This document shows, piece after piece, positions 31,532 through 40,870 of a stretch of DNA of 64,000 nt (the first letter of the stretch is position 1; each line of letters starts with the position of its first letter). The position numbers and the translations under genes are program-made. The notes beneath the pieces are model-generated. The model searched no databases. It saw only the letters and a list, made by a program, of their open reading frames with translations, and was not told the origin of the DNA. Source of the stretch: Candidatus Levyibacteriota bacterium (GTDB lineage Bacteria > Patescibacteriota > Microgenomatia > Levybacterales > UBA12049); contig CAWBPM010000002.1 of NCBI GenBank assembly GCA_963790825.1, positions 487,159 to 551,158 of the forward strand, in the 5' to 3' direction.

Positions 31532-31545
31532 GAATTGATAGGGGG

Positions 31546-33333
31546 TTATTTATATCCCTTCGCTTGAAGTTCGAAAAGTTCTGCGTATAGTCCTTTTTTC
31601 CTGAGCAGTGCTTCGTGGTTTCCGGCTTCGACAATTCTTCCTTCATCCAGAACGAGTATCCGATCGGCATTTCGTACGGTTGAAAATCTGTGAGAAATAA
31701 TAATGACTGTTTTATCACTTTGCAATTTCTGCACATTTTCAAAAATTTCATATTCTGCTTTCGCGTCAATTGCTGCTGTCGGCTCGTCTAAGATTAAAAT
31801 CGGAGCATTGCGGAAAAATGCTCTGGCCAATGCAAGTTTTTGCCACTGTCCACCGGATAAGTCGATCCCATCATCAAACATTTTTCCCACGATTTGATCT
31901 ATTCCTTTGGGCAAGTTATCAAGGTATTTATCAGCTCCTGATTTTGCAATTGCGTCTTTAAGTAGTTTTTCATTGTTTTTCTCTGCTAAGTTGCCAAAAT
32001 AAACATTTTCTTTAAAGGTAAACTGGTACTTGATAAAGTCCTGAAATAATGCGCCAACCATTTTATGCCACTCTTCAAGACTTAAATCCTTTATATTTAC
32101 TCCGTTAATAAGTAGTTCTCCTCCTGTGACGTCGTAGAAGCGAAGGATTAGTTTAATAATCGTTGTCTTCCCTGCCCCGTTTTCTCCAACCAATGCAATT
32201 TTCTCACCACTTTCAATCTTCAGATTAAAATTTTTTAAGATAAACCGATCAGTTTTTGGATATTTGAAAGACGCATTTTTAAACTCAATGACAGGCGGAG
32301 TAGGTTTTTGAGATAAAGAGATAGGATTTACAGACGATTTGATGACATTTTCAATCTCTAAAAAATCAAAGAACTTGGCAATTAAATCAATTCGCATGGC
32401 AATACTAGAATACATACCTAAAAGTCCTTCAACTCCATACGCCAGACTCATGATTTGTTGAAAATACAAGGTAAATTGACCAATCGTAACGTTACGCCGA
32501 ACAACCGCTAAAACAAGCAGATATTGCGAATAGAGAAATGCAGACAGCTGGATAAAATTCATCATGAACGTTTGTTCAACCCCTTTTTCAGTTATTACAT
32601 TAAACGGTGTAAAATAGTTCTTTAGTTCATGTGAAACTTTTTGCTGCATTGCCGGACCGGTTTTAAAAATTGCCGCTTCTTTCGAGGTGGAATCAGACGA
32701 TAAGAGATTACGGATATACATGATCACTCTTTTTACGGCTGCACGTTTGGGAAGAAAGTAGGGAAACACTTTCGTCCGGTATTTGTCGGTAACAAAATAG
32801 GTAGGAATTGTGGTAATAATTATTAGTGGGACAACCCAGGGAAAGATAGGAAAAAGGATCACTATTGCTGCTGTGACTTTGACAATATTATTGATAAGTC
32901 CCGTAATCCGGTCCTGCAGTATTACCATAGGTCCAACAGTACCGTCAATTTGGGAGAGTAAGTTCTGAAACTTTGATTTTTCAAATGTTGCCGGATCAAG
33001 CGTTGCAAGTTTCTGGATAATGACACTATCAAGATAAAATTCGAGTTTATTTTGAAAATATGGTTGTTTTAAACTGTCATAATTGGCTAAATAGTAATTC
33101 AGTAAACTTGCTACTGCGTAAGCAGAACCTATCCAAATAAAGCTTGATTGAATAGCGAAGATGGAGCTTAGGTGTGTCAATAAATCAATAACTCTGGCTA
33201 AAAGGATGAGCTGAATCAAGGGATAAAGTGTATTACTGTAAACTCCGGAAAATATTGAGACGACCACATAAACTCCGTAAGCTCTCCAGGAGAGCTGAAA
33301 CACTTTCCAGGTGTAATAAAGATTCTTCTTCAT
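31546..33333 (-). CDS. ABC transporter, fused permease/ATPase exporter (type I, MsbA-like)
   Basis: N-terminal 6-TM domain. GENGAGKTT Walker A, LSGGQWQKLALARAF signature, ILILDEPTAAID Walker B. Confidence 0.88.
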   Translation of the reverse strand: MKKNLYYTWKVFQLSWRAYGVYVVVSIFSGVYSNTLYPLIQLILLARVIDLLTHLSSIFAIQSSFIWIGSAYAVASLLNYYLANYDSLKQPYFQNKLEFYLDSVIIQKLATLDPATFEKSKFQNLLSQIDGTVGPMVILQDRITGLINNIVKVTAAIVILFPIFPWVVPLIIITTIPTYFVTDKYRTKVFPYFLPKRAAVKRVIMYIRNLLSSDSTSKEAAIFKTGPAMQQKVSHELKNYFTPFNVITEKGVEQTFMMNFIQLSAFLYSQYLLVLAVVRRNVTIGQFTLYFQQIMSLAYGVEGLLGMYSSIAMRIDLIAKFFDFLEIENVIKSSVNPISLSQKPTPPVIEFKNASFKYPKTDRFILKNFNLKIESGEKIALVGENGAGKTTIIKLILRFYDVTGGELLINGVNIKDLSLEEWHKMVGALFQDFIKYQFTFKENVYFGNLAEKNNEKLLKDAIAKSGADKYLDNLPKGIDQIVGKMFDDGIDLSGGQWQKLALARAFFRNAPILILDEPTAAIDAKAEYEIFENVQKLQSDKTVIIISHRFSTVRNADRILVLDEGRIVEAGNHEALLRKKGLYAELFELQAKGYK

Positions 33334-33389
33334 AATAAGAGTATCCCTCTATTACTGTAGCATATAATTCTTGTGGTCTAAAACATTCA

Positions 33390-34514
33390 CTATTTTATAA
33401 CTACTCTTCTCGTTGAGGAAGCGAGATGGACTAAGAGTTCGTAGGGAATCGTCCCGCAGATTCGGGCAGCTTGAAGAATAGAGTTTTTATTTTGATTATT
33501 AGAGGAATAGACAGTAACTTTTTGTCCCACAAAGGGATTTTTAACATCGGTTATATCAATGGTTGTAATATTCATACTAACCCTCCCCACAATTTTACAA
33601 GCCACATTACCTATATAAACAAATCCTTTATTTGATAATCGAATATCTACACCATCATTGTAGCCGATCGGTAAAACACCGATCTTCATTTCCGAGTTTG
33701 CTGTATAGGTAAAGTCATATCCCACTTTTTCTCCTCGATGCAAACTTTTTATTTGTACTAAGGTCGTCGTCAAGGTAAGTACTGGCTGTAACTTATCAAT
33801 TTGCTTGTAACTAATTCCGTACAGTGCCAAACCAACTCTGGCAACATTTCCTGTGTTAGCCAAAATTTCCCGGTTACTAATACCGTCCGACGCTGTAAGA
33901 TGTATCCACGTCGGTACTATCCCCTCTTCTCTCAGGATATTTTTTGCTTTTTCAAACTCGACCAATTGTTTTTTAGTCAGAAGATCTTTTGGCTTTCCTG
34001 CTACTGCAAGATGCGACATCAAACCTTCAATCCGAATATTTGGCAATAACTTTAAATGGCGAACAAACGCTCGAAGATGGGAAACGGGAATTCCTTCCCG
34101 ATGCATGCCGGTATCAACAAATATATGAACCTTAGATCCTGGCTGATATTGACTTAATGCTTTCGCAGATTCTCTATCGTATAATGCGTAAGAAAAAGGT
34201 AATTTTTTTACCTGCACATTTTCCGGCTTCACATACCCCATGATAAGAATCGGGGTTTTTATTCCTGCCTTTACTAGCTCATATCCTTCATATAAACTGT
34301 TAACACAAAAAAATGGCGGATGTTCGAGATCCAAGATTTTTGCAACTTGGACTAACCCATGTCCATAGGCATTACTTTTCAAAACAGGAGCAATTTTCCA
34401 AGTAGGCCGCAGGGATAAAAGATAGTGATAGTTATGAAGAAGACGAGACTGAGATATTTCAATAGTATTAAGCGGCTGGCAAGAAGTAAGCACGTGCTTT
34501 AGTATTTTTTGCAT
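33390..34514 (-). CDS. alr: Alanine racemase
   Basis: APVLKSNAYGHG PLP-lysine motif and C-terminal beta-domain. Confidence 0.9.
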   Translation of the reverse strand: MQKILKHVLTSCQPLNTIEISQSRLLHNYHYLLSLRPTWKIAPVLKSNAYGHGLVQVAKILDLEHPPFFCVNSLYEGYELVKAGIKTPILIMGYVKPENVQVKKLPFSYALYDRESAKALSQYQPGSKVHIFVDTGMHREGIPVSHLRAFVRHLKLLPNIRIEGLMSHLAVAGKPKDLLTKKQLVEFEKAKNILREEGIVPTWIHLTASDGISNREILANTGNVARVGLALYGISYKQIDKLQPVLTLTTTLVQIKSLHRGEKVGYDFTYTANSEMKIGVLPIGYNDGVDIRLSNKGFVYIGNVACKIVGRVSMNITTIDITDVKNPFVGQKVTVYSSNNQNKNSILQAARICGTIPYELLVHLASSTRRVVIK

Positions 34515-34586
34515 AGACTAAATAGATTAAGAAACAGATTTTTTAAGCAATCGCTCCAGATATTTTTTTAGTTAGCAAATGTTATT

Positions 34587-35930
34587 CTAATCCCCATATT
34601 CCTGGCGAGACTGGTCGGCTGTTTTATCGACTCCGTAAAACCTGATTCGGTCTCCTCTAAACAGAAGGTCGATTTCTCCTGTCGGACCGTTTCGGTGTTT
34701 GGCAATTAAAAGTTTGGTCGGAATATTGCCGGTGGTTATTTCCGCTTCCGGACGATAAATAAACATTACCACATCCGCATCCTGCTCAATTGTTCCCGAC
34801 TCCCTAAGATCGGCGAGTTGCGGCCGGCGTTCTCCCCTATGCTCTACTGCACGAGACAATTGGGAAGCTGAAAGCACCGGGACTTTTAATTCCCTTGCCA
34901 GGTTTTTTAAAGACTGGGAAATGATCGCAACTTCCTGTACCCTGTTATCATACCTGCGTCCGGGATCGATGAGTTGAAGATAGTCAACGATGATTATTCC
35001 CACCCCATGTTCGATTTGCAACCTGCGCGCTTTACTTCGCATCTCCATAAGGTTAAGCCCGGGCGTATCATCTATAAAAATCGGCGCGTCGGCTAATTGC
35101 CCCATGGCTTCTGATAATTTGGTAAAGTCATCTTCCGATAACTTTCCTGTTTTAAGCCGCCATGCATCTACGTCAGCTTGAGAGACGAGGAAACGATCCA
35201 CCAGCTCTTCTTTGCTCATTTCCAAAGAAAAGATACCAACCGGAATTTTTTCCTTTATTGCCATAGACTGGGCCATATTAAGCAAAATCGCGGTTTTTCC
35301 TTGTCCCGGTCTGGCTGCCAGAATAAGTAAGTTTGACTTTTGCATACCGGAAAGCATATTGTCGAGGTCTGTAAATCCCGTTCTCACGCCGCGAAGTCCG
35401 GATCCCTTTTTATGCAGCTCGTCAATGCGATCAAAACTTTCCGTCAGGCTTTCTTTGATCGGAATAAAACCACGAGAGATATGACCCTGAGAGATGGAAA
35501 AAATTGCCGATTCTGCCTTATCGAGAAGATCTTTGACCTCCCGTCCGTCTTCAAAACCCATTTCCGCAATTTCCGAGCTGGCTTGGATAAGAAAACGTTT
35601 GGTTGCGGATTCTTTCACAAGCTCGGCATAATACTCAATATTCGCTGCCGTCGGGACAATATTCACGAGCTCTGCCAAATATGACGAGTCAATATTCTTA
35701 TGTTCTTTCCTTTTTTTAAGTTCCGAGGTAAGCGTGAGCAGGTCGATTGGCTTTCGGTGTTCGACAAGTGTCAACATCGCGTCATAAATAATTGCAAGGG
35801 CATCATTGTAAAAATGCTTGGGGCGGAGCGATTCCGAGACAACATGAATCGCGTCTTTATCAATCAGGATTGCGCCTATAACACTCTGTTCTGCTATATC
35901 GTTGTGAGGGAGAACTCGCAAATTGGCCAT
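34587..35930 (-). CDS. dnaB: Replicative DNA helicase DnaB
   Basis: N-terminal LPHNDIAEQSVIGAILID, Walker A ARPGQGKT, and RecA-like core. Confidence 0.95.
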   Translation of the reverse strand: MANLRVLPHNDIAEQSVIGAILIDKDAIHVVSESLRPKHFYNDALAIIYDAMLTLVEHRKPIDLLTLTSELKKRKEHKNIDSSYLAELVNIVPTAANIEYYAELVKESATKRFLIQASSEIAEMGFEDGREVKDLLDKAESAIFSISQGHISRGFIPIKESLTESFDRIDELHKKGSGLRGVRTGFTDLDNMLSGMQKSNLLILAARPGQGKTAILLNMAQSMAIKEKIPVGIFSLEMSKEELVDRFLVSQADVDAWRLKTGKLSEDDFTKLSEAMGQLADAPIFIDDTPGLNLMEMRSKARRLQIEHGVGIIIVDYLQLIDPGRRYDNRVQEVAIISQSLKNLARELKVPVLSASQLSRAVEHRGERRPQLADLRESGTIEQDADVVMFIYRPEAEITTGNIPTKLLIAKHRNGPTGEIDLLFRGDRIRFYGVDKTADQSRQEYGD

Positions 35931-35948
35931 ATGAAATTACATTGGAAG

Positions 35949-36464
35949 TTACGTCAGTAAAACTGTTTCAACCTCCGAAGGCATTTTGTCAAAAAAAATC
36001 TGGTACTTATTCATTTTCTTAAGCTTATCCTTAGCTAGCGTCTGTGCCATTACTGCTCCTTGTTCACCGTAAAAAAGCAGGGCATTACTTGCCAGACCCG
36101 AAGCAAAAGCAGCGTCTCTCGGACTGTCCGCCAGGAGAAGCGCGACATGGTGTTCCTGCAACTTCTGATATATTTTCTCGACTTCTGTTATTTTTCCAAT
36201 CAAAATACTGATGTTGTCAATTGTGAGACTATAAATTGTTTCTGTTTCGTTTTGAATACCTACTATTTTAATTCCGCCCGTCTCATACTCTCCGGGACCT
36301 TCAATAGTAACAATGTCCTCCCGAATTTTTAATAAATTCTTGTCCAAATTACCCAATATAATAGCGGCATTGGTTACTGAAGTTTTTTCCAGAGGATTAA
36401 TAGTAACAGCAGCATGTTTACCCCGAAGTTTGATTGAGTTTGGCCCGAGTAACGTAATCTCCAT
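35949..36464 (-). CDS. Hypothetical protein (171 aa) upstream of dnaB
   Basis: ORF. L9 and MBL-fold assignments were considered, but neither is supported by the sequence. Confidence 0.45.
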   Translation of the reverse strand: MEITLLGPNSIKLRGKHAAVTINPLEKTSVTNAAIILGNLDKNLLKIREDIVTIEGPGEYETGGIKIVGIQNETETIYSLTIDNISILIGKITEVEKIYQKLQEHHVALLLADSPRDAAFASGLASNALLFYGEQGAVMAQTLAKDKLKKMNKYQIFFDKMPSEVETVLLT

Positions 36465-36493
36465 GCAGACATACTACCACACGGGCCGTTCCC

Positions 36494-36522
36494 TTGACAA
36501 GAGTTATGCTTTGGCGTAATAT
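36494..36522 (+). promoter_or_regulatory. Consensus-like sigma70 promoter TTGACA-N17-TAATAT
   Basis: Seen in sequence, 50 nt upstream of the 36575 gene. Confidence 0.5.
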
Positions 36523-36574
36523 CAAAAACAGTTCTTGAGAAAGATACTACTTCCAATATATAATCAACTAGCCG

Positions 36575-37003
36575 ATGAAAGCTGAAAAATTTATTCTTTC
36601 TGTTATTGCAATTCTTATAGGTTTACTTGCCGCAGGCGGCATATTTTACGTTTATCAAATGATGAGAGTCGTTCCTAATAAAACAAAGACTATTGCCATG
36701 AAGCACGTAATACCTACTCCGACTCCTGATTTAAACAATTTTCTAACGGTCGATAACCCCGCAGATGAATCGGTAACAAGTAGTAAGACGCTTTCTATAT
36801 CTGGGAAAACCGTAAGCAGCGCAACTGTTCTCGTCGACTCAGACAGCAATGACGAAGTTGCTACTCCTGCAAGTAACGGCAATTTTACACTTACCATTCC
36901 TCTTGACGATGGCACGAGCCTTATTCATATTACGGCGATTTTTAAAAATGGTGATGAAAAACAAATAACAAGGACAGTAACTTTTTCAAGCGAAAGTTTT
37001 TAA
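36575..37003 (+). CDS. Membrane-anchored hypothetical protein with Ig-like beta-rich ectodomain
   Basis: N-terminal TM, then Ser/Thr-rich beta segments. Confidence 0.5.
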   Translation: MKAEKFILSVIAILIGLLAAGGIFYVYQMMRVVPNKTKTIAMKHVIPTPTPDLNNFLTVDNPADESVTSSKTLSISGKTVSSATVLVDSDSNDEVATPASNGNFTLTIPLDDGTSLIHITAIFKNGDEKQITRTVTFSSESF

Positions 37004-37004
37004 T

Positions 37005-37838
37005 ATGAAAAAAATTATTTCTATTACTATTTTATTCGCCGCAGGTACTTTTCTGCCAAGTCTTCCGGTCTTTGCCGTTTCTATAACACCCACAACTCAT
37101 GCAAATTCGCCGACAGCGGTACAAAAGCAAAATACATTAGACAACCAAATTAATGAATTGAAAGATAAAATCGCTTCACGAGTGGCACAGCTGAAACTGG
37201 TGGAAAAGCGGGGAATCATAGGAACGGTTACCGCTGTCTCTCCTGTTCAAATTACCGTCAATGATCTGCAGGGTAATACCGTTTTTATCGACGTCGATGA
37301 TATAACTCAATTTTCCTCCCCCGGTCAGAGCACTTCATTTGGGATTTCGGATATAACCAAGGGCATGAGGATAAGCGTGTTGGGTACATATAACAAAGAC
37401 TCAGAGAGAATACTCGCCCGTTTTGTCGATGTTATTATTCTTTCTCAATTTGTCTCGGGAGAAGTAAGCAGTATTGATAAAGTAAACTATCAGTTTAAGT
37501 TAACTTTGTCCGGCAATAAACAGGTACTTATTGATGTTGAAAATGTAACAAGGACTTTTTCCTATACAAACAGCGATACGAATTTAGTAAGGTCGGGTTT
37601 TTCCAAAGTTACTTTAGGAGAACGGGCATACGTTATAGGCTATCCTGATAAAAAAACGCCGAGCATGATTGTCGCGACGAGAATTCTTCTCTTTCCTGAT
37701 CTTCCACAAAATCCTAATATCCCGCTTTCTTTGATTGAAAACAGCCCTACACCTACGTCTTCACCAACTCCCGTGCTAAAAAAATCAACCCGTCCAACGC
37801 CCACTCCGATTAAATCGAAACCGACAACAAGTTATTAA
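37005..37838 (+). CDS. Secreted hypothetical protein with C-terminal Pro/Thr-rich tail
   Basis: Signal peptide MKKIISITILFAAGTFLPSLPVFA. No known domain recognised. Confidence 0.5.
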   Translation: MKKIISITILFAAGTFLPSLPVFAVSITPTTHANSPTAVQKQNTLDNQINELKDKIASRVAQLKLVEKRGIIGTVTAVSPVQITVNDLQGNTVFIDVDDITQFSSPGQSTSFGISDITKGMRISVLGTYNKDSERILARFVDVIILSQFVSGEVSSIDKVNYQFKLTLSGNKQVLIDVENVTRTFSYTNSDTNLVRSGFSKVTLGERAYVIGYPDKKTPSMIVATRILLFPDLPQNPNIPLSLIENSPTPTSSPTPVLKKSTRPTPTPIKSKPTTSY

Positions 37839-37841
37839 TTC

Positions 37842-38936
37842 ATGAAAAACCGGCTGCAAACACTTCGCACTATCCTGCAGCGAAACAATCTTGATGCAAT
37901 TCTTATTTCTTCGCCAATGCATATTCTCTACCTGACTGAATATCCAGGATTTTCCGAGATTGAACGCGAGGCTTTTATCCTAATGACAAAAATAAAGAAT
38001 TACTTGATTACCGACGCACGGTATACTGAGCAGGTCAAAAAAGAAGCATCTTCTTTTGGGATTCTTGAAAGGGGTCAACAAAATTCCACGTTTAAATTAC
38101 TGCAAGAAATTATTAACAATGAAAAAATAAAAATTCTTGGCTTTGAAGCGGAAAATTTGACCGTCGCGGAATACAAGACATTTAAAAAAGTTGGTGTAAA
38201 ATTCAAGCCCGTTAGTTTAAGAGAATTAAGAAGCAATAAAACAAAACAGGAAATAGAAGCTATTCAAAAAGCCTGCAAAATCGGAGACAACGCATTTACT
38301 TTTATTATAAAACAAATTCATGAATCGGTAACTGAAAAAGAACTGGCATACAAATTGGAAAATTTCATGCGCCAACAGGGTGCCGAGCCGTCATTTGCAA
38401 GTATTGTCGCCTTCGGTCCAAATGCTGCCATTCCCCATCATCACGGCGGAAACACAAAATTGAAAAAGAATCAATTTGTGTTATTTGATTTCGGCGTCAA
38501 AGTAGATAACTACTGTTCCGATATGTCGCGGACTGTTTATTTCGGAAAACCAACAGATGAAGAAGTAAAGGCTTATCAAACGGTTCTAATAGCGCAGCAA
38601 AAAGCAGAAGAGTATATTACTACAAAGTTAAAAAATAAAAGATCTAAGAAAGCATATGCAGGAGAAACAGACGGAATTGCAAGAAAATATATCGTCTCAC
38701 AAGGATTTCCCTCTTTCCCCCATTCACTTGGTCATGGCATTGGACTAGAGGTCCATGAGGCACCTTCCCTTTCTCCCCGATCTAAAAATACGCTTACCGA
38801 AGGAATGGTATTCACCATCGAACCGGGAATTTATATACCTGGCAAATTCGGCGTAAGAATCGAAGATGATTATATAATTGAAAACAATAAGTTAATACAG
38901 CTTACGCAATCACCCAAAAACCTCATCAAAATCTAA
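37842..38936 (+). CDS. Xaa-Pro aminopeptidase / M24B family peptidase
   Basis: Pita-bread fold metal ligands DFGVKVDNYCSDMSRT, HSLGHGIGLEVHE, FTIEPGIY...IEDD. Confidence 0.88.
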   Translation: MKNRLQTLRTILQRNNLDAILISSPMHILYLTEYPGFSEIEREAFILMTKIKNYLITDARYTEQVKKEASSFGILERGQQNSTFKLLQEIINNEKIKILGFEAENLTVAEYKTFKKVGVKFKPVSLRELRSNKTKQEIEAIQKACKIGDNAFTFIIKQIHESVTEKELAYKLENFMRQQGAEPSFASIVAFGPNAAIPHHHGGNTKLKKNQFVLFDFGVKVDNYCSDMSRTVYFGKPTDEEVKAYQTVLIAQQKAEEYITTKLKNKRSKKAYAGETDGIARKYIVSQGFPSFPHSLGHGIGLEVHEAPSLSPRSKNTLTEGMVFTIEPGIYIPGKFGVRIEDDYIIENNKLIQLTQSPKNLIKI

Positions 38937-38983
38937 TGCTTGACTTTATCTTAGTAAAGTGATATACTTTATCGTACTAAAGT

Positions 38984-39313
38984 ATGAAAGCGGACAAAAA
39001 AATACAGTCATTATATAAAGCAATTCTTTTTTTGAGAGATGAAAAGGAATGCCGCAGGTTCTTTAGAGACCTCTTAACTGAGGCTGAAATTAAGGAATTT
39101 GCTGCTCGTTGGAGAGTCGCACAAATGCTAGAGGACAAAGTTGATTATGAGACAATTACGAAAGAAACCGGTATGAGCTCAACGACAATTGCCCGAATCA
39201 ATAAATGGTTAAATAGCGGAATGGGCGGATATAAACTTATGCTAAAAAGAATAAATAAAACAAATAAAAAAATAAACGCAAATCATCATCACTCCCCTTT
39301 CGTGGCGGAGTGA
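38984..39313 (+). CDS. TrpR-like YerC/YecD family protein
   Basis: FFRDLLTEAEIKEFAARWRVAQMLEDKVDYETITKETGMSSTTIARINKWLNSGMGGY matches the YerC/YecD family. Confidence 0.75.
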   Translation: MKADKKIQSLYKAILFLRDEKECRRFFRDLLTEAEIKEFAARWRVAQMLEDKVDYETITKETGMSSTTIARINKWLNSGMGGYKLMLKRINKTNKKINANHHHSPFVAE

Positions 39314-39363
39314 TTGTTTTGGTTTTAGTTAAAGAGTAAACAAGAAGTCAAACAAAAATAATC

Positions 39364-39387
39364 ACCCCGCCAAGCGGGGTTTTTTTG
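39364..39387 (+). terminator. Rho-independent terminator CCCCGC-CAAG-CGGGG followed by T7
   Basis: Seen in sequence after yerC. Confidence 0.6.
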
Positions 39388-39776
39388 TGGAAAAAATACA
39401 AAGACAATTGATATTTGATTTTTACAACACGTTATATAACCCTCAGACAGGGAGACTCTTCTGTGGAGTAATATCGTACTTGGAGAAAAGCAAAAAAGCA
39501 AATTTGTTGGTTTTAATTACAGCCGGCGGCAGTAAGAGGCGGAATTTAATCAGTTCGTTAAAGATTAATAAATACTTCTCTCAGATTATTATTTGTAAGA
39601 AAAAATCCGTGCAAGTATTTGAAAGCGCTATTGGTAAGAAATTACCAGCAATAATTATCGGCGACCGACAAGATGAGGAAATTGTAATAGCAAAATATCT
39701 AAACATTAGTTACATCATTGTTAATCCGCTTTTAGAAAATCCAATAAAAACAATCGAAAGGAAGTTATCAATATGA
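39387..39776 (+). CDS. Putative small HAD-like hydrolase family protein (start uncertain; GTG at 39387 lies in the terminator T-tract, alternative TTG at 39408)
   Basis: N-terminal IFDFYNTL (HAD motif I-like, second Asp replaced) and IIGDRQDEEI (motif IV-like). ATGA overlap with the next gene. Confidence 0.35.
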   Translation: MEKIQRQLIFDFYNTLYNPQTGRLFCGVISYLEKSKKANLLVLITAGGSKRRNLISSLKINKYFSQIIICKKKSVQVFESAIGKKLPAIIIGDRQDEEIVIAKYLNISYIIVNPLLENPIKTIERKLSI

Positions 39777-40858
39777 TAAACGAAAAATTTGAATCACGAT
39801 ATAGGACCGAGCAGCCTTATTTGGAGCAGACGAGACAATGGCAGGATACTATGCGTTATCAATACTCTCCTGAAAATTATCTTGTTAAAAAAGAGCAGCT
39901 CCAAGACCTAGGTGAGTGTGGTAATTTGGTAGCGGAATTACTCAAAGAGAAATTTGGGGATCGAGTACTTTGTTTCCGAATTGATTATGTTACTGACCGT
40001 AAGGGTAAATTGTTTATGACCGAGGTGCAAACAGATGATCGCGGCTTCCCTGCAATGGCAATCGCCCGAAACGCGCGAGGAAGAACCTCCGCTTTCCCCG
40101 GTGTCATTGAACCGTTTATGAAGAACATGCAAACAACAGCAAATAAGAAAGACCCAGATCTTCTTATCAGCTTTCCTGATGAAGAAGCTTTTTATTATTC
40201 CGGATTTTATGACGTCGGAAAGATGCTTTGGAGTGTTAATCCGAGAGCGACGGTTGTCGTATCTCCCAGGTCCATGCTTTCTGCTAAAGATAACCAGGTT
40301 CTCGTCAGCAATAACCGCAGATCTTTTTGCATGGAACCGGATTTAATTTGGGATTTTTCTCAAACCTTGACAATTCCGGGAAAAAATATTCAACCCGTGG
40401 TAAATAAACAGTCTCTTTTAGATGTATGGCAAAAAGATTCTTCTCTTAACCGAGAACTTAGACAGTTTATTCCGGAAACGATGCAAACAGATAACCTGCG
40501 TGTCTGTCTGGGAAAAGACCAATGGGTTCTAAAACCGATTGACGGTCGCTGGAGTAAAGGCGTGGTATTTGGAGAAAATACTCAACAAACGGTGTGGGAA
40601 CAATCGCTCAGAGAACCGAATATTCTGGCGCAGCGATACATAAACCCCCGGCGAGAAATGTACTATACGCGGAGAAAAAACGGAAATTATATTCCTTTCG
40701 GTTACTTTACCCGGGTTGAAGGTTACTATTCAACAAACTCCGAAGAGACAAAATTGGCTGACGTATTAGTTACTGCCACTTACGATATGCCGGTACACGG
40801 CAAAAGGGATTGTATCATGATACCCGGTAAGGCTAGAAAGAATTATGTGGTACAATAA
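39773..40858 (+). CDS. Hypothetical 361-aa protein, possible ATP-grasp-fold enzyme
   Basis: WVLKPIDGRWSKGVVFGE and ILAQRYINP resemble ATP-grasp nucleotide-binding strands. Ends 13 nt before hisS. Confidence 0.45.
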   Translation: MINEKFESRYRTEQPYLEQTRQWQDTMRYQYSPENYLVKKEQLQDLGECGNLVAELLKEKFGDRVLCFRIDYVTDRKGKLFMTEVQTDDRGFPAMAIARNARGRTSAFPGVIEPFMKNMQTTANKKDPDLLISFPDEEAFYYSGFYDVGKMLWSVNPRATVVVSPRSMLSAKDNQVLVSNNRRSFCMEPDLIWDFSQTLTIPGKNIQPVVNKQSLLDVWQKDSSLNRELRQFIPETMQTDNLRVCLGKDQWVLKPIDGRWSKGVVFGENTQQTVWEQSLREPNILAQRYINPRREMYYTRRKNGNYIPFGYFTRVEGYYSTNSEETKLADVLVTATYDMPVHGKRDCIMIPGKARKNYVVQ

Positions 40859-40870
40859 AGGTAATCTATT

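Noticed and set aside
35949-36464. Ribosomal protein L9 (rplI) upstream of dnaB
   Set aside because: Position fits the common rplI-dnaB pairing, but the N-terminus (MEITLLGPNSIKLRGK...) does not match the L9 MKVILL.DV..LGK.G.. pattern and the length is 171 aa. Left as hypothetical.
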